A stretch of 57,553 nt of DNA from Oligoflexales bacterium (GTDB taxonomy: Bacteria; Bdellovibrionota_B; Oligoflexia; Oligoflexales; CAIYRB01). Under the pieces are notes generated by a model. The model searched no databases and was not told the origin of the DNA. It was given only the letters and a program-made list of their open reading frames with translations. The position numbers and the translations under genes are program-made. The DNA lies in assembly GCA_041736175.1 (NCBI GenBank), contig JBGSUI010000161.1:1-57553 (forward strand), in the 5' to 3' direction. Shown piece by piece: positions 28,893 through 37,511 of this stretch. Numbering within the stretch: the stretch's first letter is position 1; each line of letters begins with the position of its first letter.

Positions 28893-29144
28893 TTTTAACC
28901 GCCCTTTCCGGGCTTTAAGTCTTCACCAAAGGTGCCCACAAACAACCTGATTTTAATGATAAAAATACCTACATGATCACAAGGTATTCAGTTTGTCGTT
29001 TTATCCTACAGCCTCCTTGAGCGGTTAGGTCTTAGACAATGTCTTAAAGTTAGCGTTTTCCGGCGGGCTCAAGTGGGGCTATGATGGAGGGCCAACAGAT
29101 CACCTTTTTGTGGTCCTGTGAAACGGTACCAGGAGAGATCCAGT

Positions 29145-29993
29145 ATGTTTAAGCAAATGGTCGATTATAAACAAAAAGTGGTTTTAATCACCGGAGCATC
29201 CAGCGGCATCGGCGAGGGTCTAGCGGCAGCCTTTGCCAAGGAAGGAGCTAAACTCGCCCTGGTGGCCCGAAGGACAGACCGCCTACAGGCCCTTGCTCAA
29301 AAGCTCGATCCTACGGGGCAGCATATCTTGGTATGGGCCGGGGACGTCACTAAGGATCACGATATGGAGCAAGCGGCGGCTGCGGCTATTGCTAGATTTG
29401 GTGGCATCGATCTTGTGATCGCCAATGCGGGTTTTAACCTATCGGGAAAGGTGGAAACCCTGTCAATCGAAGATTACCGGCGCCAGTTTGAAACCAATAT
29501 CTTTGGTGTGCTACGAACCATCAAAGCTTGTTTACCATCTATCAAAAGCCGCAACGGCCAAGTGGCCCTCATGGGCAGTGTGGCGGGTTTTGTCAGCCAA
29601 CCTTTTGTGTCGCCCTACTGCATGAGCAAGTTTGCTCTCACGGCCCTCAGCGAGTCCCTCTACCACGAGTTACGACCTAAAAACGTCGCTGTTTCTTTGA
29701 TCGCGCCTGGATTTGTCCAGTCAGAAATCCAGCAGATAGACAAAAACGGTAAATTCGACCCCAACCAAAAACGCTGGATCCCCGACTGGATTACGGTGTC
29801 CACCGACCGTGCGGTGGCCGAAATGATGGCTGGTCTAAAGGTTAAAAAATCCCAGATTATCGTGACCCACCATGGCCGTTTCCTTGTCTTTATTCAGAGG
29901 TTTATGCCATGGGTCCTTCGGTGGTGTGTACAGTGGTCGGCCCAGAAAAGGCTCAAGAGTCTGGGGCATCCCCCCAGCAGGCCGTCGATTTAG
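29145..29993 (+). CDS. Short-chain dehydrogenase/reductase
   Basis: TGASSGIG, ANAG, YCMSK; RBS AGGAG. Confidence 0.92.
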   Translation: MFKQMVDYKQKVVLITGASSGIGEGLAAAFAKEGAKLALVARRTDRLQALAQKLDPTGQHILVWAGDVTKDHDMEQAAAAAIARFGGIDLVIANAGFNLSGKVETLSIEDYRRQFETNIFGVLRTIKACLPSIKSRNGQVALMGSVAGFVSQPFVSPYCMSKFALTALSESLYHELRPKNVAVSLIAPGFVQSEIQQIDKNGKFDPNQKRWIPDWITVSTDRAVAEMMAGLKVKKSQIIVTHHGRFLVFIQRFMPWVLRWCVQWSAQKRLKSLGHPPSRPSI

Positions 29994-30039
29994 GGAGAAA
30001 AACCGGCACTTCATGGGAAAACTTCCGGGACCACGACAA

Positions 30040-30273
30040 CTAGCCGTTAGCTGCCGGTCTTTTCCAGATGTTTTCCGGGTGTAAACCTCTTTCCTTGCAA
30101 TAGCGCAGAAAAAGATTCATCAGCGTCTGGTAAGGCATCCCTTCAGCTTTACCTAGGGCTCGGAAATAAGCTACTACATCCTCATCCAAGCGAATAGTCA
30201 CGGATTTTTTCAGGTGCTTAGCATAGGGATTTGGCTTCCATTTTAATTTTTGCAGGTCATAATTTTTTTTCAT
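30040..30273 (-). CDS. brnA: BrnA antitoxin
   Basis: NPY...KKSVTIRLDEDVVAYF...YQTLMN. Confidence 0.9.
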   Translation of the reverse strand: MKKNYDLQKLKWKPNPYAKHLKKSVTIRLDEDVVAYFRALGKAEGMPYQTLMNLFLRYCKERGLHPENIWKRPAANG

Positions 30274-30554
30274 AAAATTTCTTCTTCAAATTGTCGCCTC
30301 TCGGAGCGGTTTAGGCGTCTAGCACTGATGATGCGGATGATCCGTTCACGATCGCGGTAGCAATGGACTACAAGCAAATTCCTACCTGCAGAACTTCTAC
30401 CGACCGCGAGAAATCTGTCTTCGTCATGTGAGTGATCAGGATCAGAAGCGACTTTGGTGAGTGGATCGTAGAAAACTGACTGAGCTTCCTCAAATGAAAC
30501 CTTATGTTTCCTGATATTAATCTGATTTTTGTGTTCGTCCCATTCAATACGCAT
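30270..30554 (-). CDS. brnT: BrnT ribonuclease toxin
   Basis: MRIEWDEHKN...KHKVSFEEA...EDRF...IRIISAR. Confidence 0.92.
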   Translation of the reverse strand: MRIEWDEHKNQINIRKHKVSFEEAQSVFYDPLTKVASDPDHSHDEDRFLAVGRSSAGRNLLVVHCYRDRERIIRIISARRLNRSERRQFEEEIL

Positions 30555-30562
30555 AATCAACA

Positions 30563-30585
30563 TTGTACATTATTTTTATGTACAA
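30563..30585. promoter_or_regulatory. Palindromic operator over the brnTA promoter
   Basis: TTGTACAT-N7-ATGTACAA perfect inverted repeat overlapping a minus-strand TACAAT -10 box. Confidence 0.7.
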
Positions 30586-30850
30586 GTCCAATCATAGCGG
30601 ACCCTACGCAGCGCCGGCTGAACGTTTCTCTGCACAAATATAGCAACTTTTTGTGAAAGACGGTCAGACCCCCGCAAACCTCTATCTTAGCTGATGCTAC
30701 CAGACCTTCAAATACATGATTTAAAAGGATTAAATGGTTCTATCACTCGAGCGGAGCGATAGAATGCGTTATAACAGTGTTAGATAGAGGTAGGAAGTGT
30801 TAGAAGAGACGACAGAATGCCTATGGAAGAAAAAATATAGGTACTAGGCT

Positions 30851-30878
30851 AAAGCCCAGGTTTTTTGCCCTGGGCTTT
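30851..30878 (-). terminator. Terminator after the cyclophilin gene
   Basis: AAAGCCCAGG-N8-CCTGGGCTTT hairpin. Confidence 0.7.
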
Positions 30879-30901
30879 TACAATCAATTGGATACCAAAC
30901 C

Positions 30902-31444
30902 CTACAGTGCCTTTGCGTGGACAGTCGCCTTGGAGATCACCACGTCTTCAGCGGGGCGGTCCGAGCGAGCGGTTTTGGTAACGCCGATCTTGAGCACCGT
31001 ATCAAGACTCTCTTGGTCTAGAGTTTTGCCAAAAGCGGTGTACTGGCCGTCAAGGTGTGGAACCCGTCCGAGACAGATAAAGAACTGGCTTCCGGCCGAG
31101 TTAGGGTCCTGGGTCCTGGCCATGGAGAGCACTCCAGCCTCGTGGGGTCGATTGTTGAACTCAGCCTTGATTTGGTAGCCAGGTCCGCCCGTTCCATCTC
31201 CGGTGGGGCATCCACCTTGGATCATAAAGCCTTTGATCACTCGGTGAAAAATCAAGCCGTCATAGTAGCCGTTTTGGGCGAGTGCGATGATGTTTCTGCA
31301 GTGCCCAGGGGCGACATCAGGCCACATGCTAAGGCGGATGGGGCCAAAATTAGTGTCTAGTTCGACCGTGTAATCCGTTGTTTCAAAATTGATTTTCGTC
31401 GAAAGATCATCCACGATAGCCTTTAGATTCTTAGGGACTCCCAT
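30902..31444 (-). CDS. Cyclophilin-type peptidyl-prolyl isomerase
   Basis: FHRVIKGFMIQGG, LSMAR, SAGSQFFI, LDGQYTAFG. Confidence 0.95.
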   Translation of the reverse strand: MGVPKNLKAIVDDLSTKINFETTDYTVELDTNFGPIRLSMWPDVAPGHCRNIIALAQNGYYDGLIFHRVIKGFMIQGGCPTGDGTGGPGYQIKAEFNNRPHEAGVLSMARTQDPNSAGSQFFICLGRVPHLDGQYTAFGKTLDQESLDTVLKIGVTKTARSDRPAEDVVISKATVHAKAL

Positions 31445-31565
31445 ACTGCCTGTACTCCTAAAATTTTGATAAATCAGCGCCTGGGGCGCCCCTTTAAATA
31501 AGCTGTAATAGCCTTTACGGCAACCGCAAAACTCTGCACATCTCTGCAGTGGTCGCCAGAGTGGC

Positions 31566-33245
31566 TTATTTTCGCAATACCAGTAGGGTGGTCGTGGCCT
31601 CTTGGTGGAGTTCGGATTCGCCTATAATCACAAATCCCGCTTCGATCGCCAAGGACCGCAGGGTGATTCTGTCAAGGATTACATGATTGGGGGATTGGAG
31701 TCGGGCGATCTCAAACTCTTTGACATGGTGAAACTGGTGTTTCATTTGATCCATATGCCCGCCCCGCTGGAGGGATTCAAAGCTGGCCTGAAAAATACGT
31801 TCGAGCCCGGCAGCATCGGTGATCGCACTAAGGGTAAGACTGCCACCAGCTTTAAGGGACTTGTAAACATCGCAGAGAATGTCTTGATAGTGGCTGAGAG
31901 TCCCCGTGTCTAGCATCACCGACGCCTTATGGAAGTAGTTTTCTGGTAGGGTTTGGGCTTTTTTAGATTGTTGCAAATCGTCCCGGCAAATCAGTTTAAC
32001 TTGGGGTGCAGCGATCTGGTAGTCCACCTGGACACGACGCAACAGGTGCACATCGTCCGACAGAACCGTCACAAGGTGGCCCATCTTGACGTATTCTCCG
32101 GTGAGAGCCACGCTGTCGGGTCCCCAGACGAGGACCCGGTAGCTGGTTTGGGTCGTAAGAGGGGCAGGAGCATCAAAAGCAACTCCTTGGGTCTTTCTGA
32201 TATGGGAATCCAGTAGCTTTTTTCGTCCAGCATAGTGCTTAAAAACATCAGGATAGGCCGCTCTATATCGGATGCGCCGGCTTTCATCTTGGATGCACCG
32301 GTAGAGGTCATCAAAAAACTCCTTACGGTGGTGTACCGAGTTGATATTGAGGACAATCGTCCAGCCGATGATTTTGCTGGTTTTGAGATCGATAATGGGG
32401 CTCATGATTTTTGTATAAACCATGCGGCCATACTTGGGATGTTTAAAGGTCGCCCGTTCCCGGTCAGCGATGGGCAGGATGGCTTCGCCGTAGAGTTGTT
32501 CGCGCCGCTTAGCGAGGCGGCGAAAGTTATCCAGTTTGTCAAACCAATCGCTCACATGTTGGCCTCGATTGAGAGCGAGGGGCTGGGCGAAGGCTAAGTC
32601 AAATCCAGCATTCCAATCGACAAAATGTTGGTCCGCAGACAACACAAAGGTCGGAACATTGGATTCAAAGAGATTTACATGGAGCCGTGGAAAAGATTCC
32701 GGAGACCACAGTTTCAGAGGGCCGGTCGGGGCTGCATCCTGCTCGACCCCTATGACTTGGGTCGTTGAGGGGAGTGTTTTAGAGGTATGGGTCTTTCGGT
32801 AAACCAAAGTCGGTTTTTTTAGGGCGTGGTTTCGCACAACCCGAGGCACCAAGCGTTTCTCAGCGTAGCGTGCCGCCCGTCGCAGGGGCGTCGGATAGGA
32901 GTCCTTTTGTAGCGATTTCAGAGAGGATTTTAGCTTTTTAGGATGGGGCCATAACCAATAAAGAGCGGTAAGGAGCGCGATCACTGGACCTACAAAAACC
33001 AGAGCCCGCGGAACCGAGCGAGATGGGGCAGCGGTTCCCAGACCCCAGAACCAACCACTATTAAGGAGATCGATCCCTAAGGCTCCAAGGAGAGTCAAGG
33101 CGGCTGCGATTACAAGGGTTTTGGCCCAGTCATCTCGGGTAAAGTGAACTGCATAGGACTCACGGATCATCACTTCATGATGAGTCGACGGGGGGCCTTT
33201 AAGCCGCGTAGGTTTTAAAGGAGGGTTTTTCGTTTGGGCTGCCAT
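31566..33245 (-). CDS. Membrane protein: 2 TM + PAS + degenerate methyltransferase-like domain
   Basis: Two hydrophobic helices; PTFVLSADQHFVDWNAGF (PAS); RVLVWGPDS...SLKAGGSL...EAGF (class I MTase-like). Confidence 0.6.
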   Translation of the reverse strand: MAAQTKNPPLKPTRLKGPPSTHHEVMIRESYAVHFTRDDWAKTLVIAAALTLLGALGIDLLNSGWFWGLGTAAPSRSVPRALVFVGPVIALLTALYWLWPHPKKLKSSLKSLQKDSYPTPLRRAARYAEKRLVPRVVRNHALKKPTLVYRKTHTSKTLPSTTQVIGVEQDAAPTGPLKLWSPESFPRLHVNLFESNVPTFVLSADQHFVDWNAGFDLAFAQPLALNRGQHVSDWFDKLDNFRRLAKRREQLYGEAILPIADRERATFKHPKYGRMVYTKIMSPIIDLKTSKIIGWTIVLNINSVHHRKEFFDDLYRCIQDESRRIRYRAAYPDVFKHYAGRKKLLDSHIRKTQGVAFDAPAPLTTQTSYRVLVWGPDSVALTGEYVKMGHLVTVLSDDVHLLRRVQVDYQIAAPQVKLICRDDLQQSKKAQTLPENYFHKASVMLDTGTLSHYQDILCDVYKSLKAGGSLTLSAITDAAGLERIFQASFESLQRGGHMDQMKHQFHHVKEFEIARLQSPNHVILDRITLRSLAIEAGFVIIGESELHQEATTTLLVLRK

Positions 33246-33419
33246 AGGTTCATCCGCTTTCTACACAACATCCAGAGGGAAAATCAGCCAAGGCCGCTTC
33301 AATCACACCAAAAATAGCTATGCAAGAGCTAGGCCCTTTTAACAACAGATACTTAACTAATCTCAAATACAAAACAAAAAATAATCTAGTTAAATTTGGC
33401 TGAAAGAATTTTAGACACT

Positions 33420-33435
33420 TGGCACAGATATTGCT
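33420..33435 (+). promoter_or_regulatory. Sigma54 promoter upstream of the ompA-PKD pair
   Basis: TGGCACAGATATTGCT matches the TGGCAC-N5-TTGCW consensus exactly. Confidence 0.75.
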
Positions 33436-33600
33436 CAAAGAAAATACAGTGGGACCCATTCTCGGGTATCCACAGGACAACCCCAAAACTTTTGCGGGTG
33501 GCGTCCAAAAGGTCTCCAAGAAAGTTGTTATTCCTACTGAATGTTGAGTTCCCAAGATCCTGCACAGGTTGCGCTGAGTTGAAGTTCCAAGGAGAATCCG

Positions 33601-34953
33601 GTGAAAAAATTAGGCAAGCTGATTTCAGCACAAACGTCATCCACATTGTTGTTTATTTTATGGACAGATGTCGTTTACGGAAACGTTGTGGGGAATGATT
33701 CCCAGAATTTCAACCCCACCACATCTGGACTCGATTTTGTCACGGTCCAGTCATCGGAGACATTAGAGCCTGGAGTTTTAAACTTTGGGTTTTTTATGAA
33801 CTATGCGATTAACACGCTTCCTTATTTTGATGATACCAAGGGCAGTGCCACCGATATCAGCGATAGTCTTTTAGGGGCTGACCTTAACGTAGGGATCGGA
33901 CTCCTACCTAATTTAGATATGGGGGTCAGTGCACCCCATGTTGTTTACCAATCGGTCCAGGAAAAAGGCTATCGGGGCCAGTTTAAACAGACGGGAAACA
34001 CCGAGTTAAGGCTTAACTCCAAGTGGCGGCTCATGGGCGACCGACAGGGAGGTGTAGCACTGGTTGGAACCTTGAGTCTTAGCCGCATTATCGACGACCC
34101 CTTTGCAGGAAAAGGTGCCGGGGTTAATCCGGTTCTTGAAGTGGCTTTTGACAAGTCTTTTGGAAAATTGGCCCTTGGGCTTAACCTCGGCCAAAAATGG
34201 CGCACCAGGGGCCAAAAACTCAGCGACGACACTCCCGTGGTCCCCTACCAAAATCAGATGCTGGCCTCCGCAGCGGCAAGCTATCTGCTAACGTCCATAG
34301 ATACCAAGATCGTCACCGAGATTTTTGCAAGCCAGCCCGTTTCTAAAGAAGTGGAAAACACCAAACGGGCGGCATCCTCGGCAGAGGCTCTCCTCGGTTT
34401 TAAACATGATTTTAATACCAATGTCGCAGGACATATGGGGATGGGGAGTGAGTTGGGCTCGGGACGCTCGTCTCCAGACCTGCGGATCTACGCAGGCGTT
34501 AACTACACCCTCGGGCCCAAGCCCAAAAAAGCGGTGATTCCCACTCCGCCCCCAAAAGCGGCTCCTCCGCAACCCATGGCTAAACCCAAAGTTAAAGAGA
34601 AGATCGTGATCCACGATGTTCTTTTTGAATACGATTCTTCAGAGCTGGTGGTCGGCCAAGCACAGGAGACGCTCTCTAAGTTAGTCTCCTATATGAATCA
34701 AAAGCCCACCTACCAAAAGCTGATAATCGAGGGACATACCGACTCCATAGGATCCAACCCTTACAACCAGAATCTCAGCCAGCGCAGAGCTTCGACCATC
34801 AAAAATTGGCTGGTTTCACGCTATAGGATGGATCCCAATAAGATTTCGATTCGTGGGATGGGCGAGGTTCGCCCGATCGCTGACAATGGCAACTTTCAAG
34901 GAAGACAGCTCAATCGTCGGGTAGAGTTTACGATTTTTCGACCTGCACATTAA
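33601..34953 (+). CDS. OmpA-family outer membrane protein (N-terminal barrel, Pro linker, OmpA C domain)
   Basis: IEGHTDSIG, NQNLSQRRA, NRRVEF. Confidence 0.9.
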   Translation: MKKLGKLISAQTSSTLLFILWTDVVYGNVVGNDSQNFNPTTSGLDFVTVQSSETLEPGVLNFGFFMNYAINTLPYFDDTKGSATDISDSLLGADLNVGIGLLPNLDMGVSAPHVVYQSVQEKGYRGQFKQTGNTELRLNSKWRLMGDRQGGVALVGTLSLSRIIDDPFAGKGAGVNPVLEVAFDKSFGKLALGLNLGQKWRTRGQKLSDDTPVVPYQNQMLASAAASYLLTSIDTKIVTEIFASQPVSKEVENTKRAASSAEALLGFKHDFNTNVAGHMGMGSELGSGRSSPDLRIYAGVNYTLGPKPKKAVIPTPPPKAAPPQPMAKPKVKEKIVIHDVLFEYDSSELVVGQAQETLSKLVSYMNQKPTYQKLIIEGHTDSIGSNPYNQNLSQRRASTIKNWLVSRYRMDPNKISIRGMGEVRPIADNGNFQGRQLNRRVEFTIFRPAH

Positions 34954-35007
34954 ATTTTTAGCCAGCTAAACCAAACTCTTCTTTATTTGATATAAGAAAG
35001 GTTTTCT

Positions 35008-36012
35008 ATGGACACCACACCAAAATTGACCGATCGGGGACCAGCGCCATCACCCCTTGTTTCGTCCTGGTTGTTAGCGCCCCTCATAGCGGTGTCTAGC
35101 CTCACAGGGATGACGCTGGGTTGTCGCCAAGCTATCTACGAAATCGTTAAGCCTGCATCCAATAGCGAAGCTGATCCCCAGCGACAGGATTTTAAGGGCG
35201 AGGGAAATCCAGGAAACCCTAACGGGTCTGGACCAACGGCCCGGGTAGAGGTCCTATGGAACGGAAAATCTGTGACCCAAGTCAAGGTCAACGAACCGAC
35301 GATCATCCGGCCATCTGCCGACACCCTCGATCCCGATGATATCGGGAAATCCGACTGCTCCAATCCAGGGATCGTCAAGGCAGCCTACCAAGTGGCCCAA
35401 GAAGCCTCTCCCGTTGTGGACCGAGGGGTGCGCTGTGAGCCTCTGTCAACTCCTTATACATTTAAGGCGGAAGGTGTCTATATTATATCCATGACGGTCA
35501 CATCAAATGAGGGCGAGACCGCGGTAGCCTCCATGACCCTAAGGGTGGTCAATGACCAAAACCAAAATGACTTTGGTGGTTTTACGATTACAGCCAATCC
35601 CCTGTTGGCCAAGGTCAACCAGAATATCCAATTTGATGGAATTTGTACCACGCCCACGGCAAAGGTGATCCGCTGGAAATTTGCTGATGGAGCGGAAGGC
35701 GAGGGCGTGACCACCACCCATGCCTATGGCAAGAGTGGCTCCTATCTGATCGAAGCAAAGTGCCAGGAAACCTCTGACGCAAACCGCACCTGGGATGCTT
35801 CCCTAACCGTCGTGGTGATGGACGAAGTACCCAATGGAGCGCCGGTTCCGACAGATAAACCAGAACCGCCGGGACCTCCCGTAACACCCCTTCCACCTCC
35901 TCCTGTCAACCCACCCGTTATCGGTACAGGCGGCGGTAAAAATGGGGGTGGTGGAACCACCGGAGGCCAAAAGAAGTGTATCTTTATTTTCCACTGTAAA
36001 AGCCATTGGTAA
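35008..36012 (+). CDS. PKD-domain lipoprotein with Pro/Gly-rich tail
   Basis: TLGC lipobox; WKFADG...THAYGKSGSY PKD motif; PPPP and GGG tail ending CIFIFHC. Confidence 0.75.
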   Translation: MDTTPKLTDRGPAPSPLVSSWLLAPLIAVSSLTGMTLGCRQAIYEIVKPASNSEADPQRQDFKGEGNPGNPNGSGPTARVEVLWNGKSVTQVKVNEPTIIRPSADTLDPDDIGKSDCSNPGIVKAAYQVAQEASPVVDRGVRCEPLSTPYTFKAEGVYIISMTVTSNEGETAVASMTLRVVNDQNQNDFGGFTITANPLLAKVNQNIQFDGICTTPTAKVIRWKFADGAEGEGVTTTHAYGKSGSYLIEAKCQETSDANRTWDASLTVVVMDEVPNGAPVPTDKPEPPGPPVTPLPPPPVNPPVIGTGGGKNGGGGTTGGQKKCIFIFHCKSHW

Positions 36013-36017
36013 TCGAA

Positions 36018-36074
36018 GGACTGTTAATGCGCCGCAGGTCGAAGAGGAAGAGTCAGCATGATGTCCGACTCCAG
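36018..36074. repeat. Detached copy of the miaE 3' end (direct repeat of 36906-36962)
   Basis: 50/57 identical, ungapped; minus strand reads LESDIMLTLPLRPAAH*. Confidence 0.92.
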
Positions 36075-36086
36075 TCATAAAACCAA

Positions 36087-36656
36087 TTAATTAATTGGCG
36101 AAAAAAATACTGTCATCCCATCTCTGCGTGTTAAACCTTGGTCAGAATAATCATTATATTGCCAGTTATTTAGTCCACGAGGACCAGGCCAGGTAAAGCT
36201 TCCCTCTTGAAAGACATGAACGTAGGTTTTAACGACTCTCCAATAATATGTTTGAGGTACTTGATTAACAATGCTAGAAAAAGCTGTGGTTTTAAGGCCA
36301 TCAGTGATTGGTGGCTCTCCTTCTTTGACGAAATATGCTAAAATATTAAATTTCTGGCCGTTACATTTCTTTTGAACAGCGATCGATGCAGCATCAATCC
36401 AATTTTTAAGCTCATCTCTATCTTCACTTTCCTCATCAGAATATACCTTAGAAGGACTAAGTTTACTCGAATAAAAATATTTAGGCCTTCCTTTAAATTC
36501 AGTCAAAATATCCTGTTTACTTATTGAGCACGAGGCTTTTATCGTTGCAGATTCTATGTTGCTAATTTCACTAGAATCATTTGATCTTTTGCACGCTAGA
36601 GAAGAAAGAATGAAGATTGTGACGAGAGAACCCTGCACCGGTAATTTAAAATTCAT
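36087..36656 (-). CDS. AT-rich hypothetical lipoprotein (islet cargo)
   Basis: SSLAC lipobox; AAAGGA RBS; composition differs from the flanks. Confidence 0.75.
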   Translation of the reverse strand: MNFKLPVQGSLVTIFILSSLACKRSNDSSEISNIESATIKASCSISKQDILTEFKGRPKYFYSSKLSPSKVYSDEESEDRDELKNWIDAASIAVQKKCNGQKFNILAYFVKEGEPPITDGLKTTAFSSIVNQVPQTYYWRVVKTYVHVFQEGSFTWPGPRGLNNWQYNDYSDQGLTRRDGMTVFFSPIN

Positions 36657-36714
36657 AAGAACATATCCTTTTTTAACAGAGATTTTTTTAAAAATATCCT
36701 ACTACTATTGCATG

Positions 36715-36730
36715 AGCAATAAGTGTGCCC
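36715..36730 (-). promoter_or_regulatory. Sigma54 promoter for the islet lipoprotein
   Basis: Minus strand GGGCACACTTATTGCT. Confidence 0.65.
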
Positions 36731-36905
36731 TGTTCCTGGCCCCATCAGAAGCGCCTAAATCGTCGAATCCTTAGCGGACAATGATGTATCTATGGCGAGT
36801 CCTGAGGTGTCTATAAATCAGGCGTGTGAACAATAAATGGTCAACAACAAGTCAACTTTCAAGTTTTTTTTAAGAACGTCTATAGGTATTCAGAGTCGTT
36901 TAAAT

Positions 36906-36962
36906 GGACTCTTAATGCACCGCAGCTCGTAGAGGAAGAGACATCATGATCTCCGACTCCAG
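36906..36962. repeat. miaE-proximal copy of the 57 bp direct repeat
   Basis: Encodes LESEIMMSLPLRAAVH* of miaE plus 6 downstream nt. Confidence 0.92.
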
Positions 36963-37511
36963 AGCTGCGAGGCGCTGGATCGCCGAGGCGACAGCATCTT
37001 GGGGAAAGAGTTTTTCTGCAATACGGGTAAACACGCGGTAGTGTCCTGCTTCGGACCGGGCTAGGACTTCGTAAAAATCTTTGAGCGACGGGTCTTCCAG
37101 GGCTTCCGCCACGAGACTAAACCGTTCGTGGCCCCGTGCTTCGATAAGACCTGCAATCACCAGCCGGTCAAGGAGTCGTTCGTCGGCACCGTGGCGCATA
37201 GCACTGAATAGGGATTTTACATAGGGATCAGGCTCGTCATATGCCAGGGTTAAGCCCCGTTGTTGGATCATGCGGAAAACCTGTGCGAAATGCTCAAGCT
37301 CCTCTCTCGCCAGGGCGATGAGAGGTTCCGCAAGGAAGGGGTACTCACTATGTCTCGCAATAAAAGACAAACAAACGGAAGCCGCCTTGCGTTCGCAGGA
37401 GGCGTGGTCCAAAAGGAACCCATTAAAGTCTGCGAGTACGTGCCCAATCCAGGCCGAAGGTGTCCTGGAATGGAGGGGAGAAATTTCGTTTAAAAAGATA
37501 AGGGACGTCAT
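36912..37511 (-). CDS. miaE: tRNA-(ms2io6A37) hydroxylase
   Basis: DHASCERKAA, AREELEHF, IEARGHERF, SEAGHY di-iron ligands. Confidence 0.93.
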   Translation of the reverse strand: MTSLIFLNEISPLHSRTPSAWIGHVLADFNGFLLDHASCERKAASVCLSFIARHSEYPFLAEPLIALAREELEHFAQVFRMIQQRGLTLAYDEPDPYVKSLFSAMRHGADERLLDRLVIAGLIEARGHERFSLVAEALEDPSLKDFYEVLARSEAGHYRVFTRIAEKLFPQDAVASAIQRLAALESEIMMSLPLRAAVH

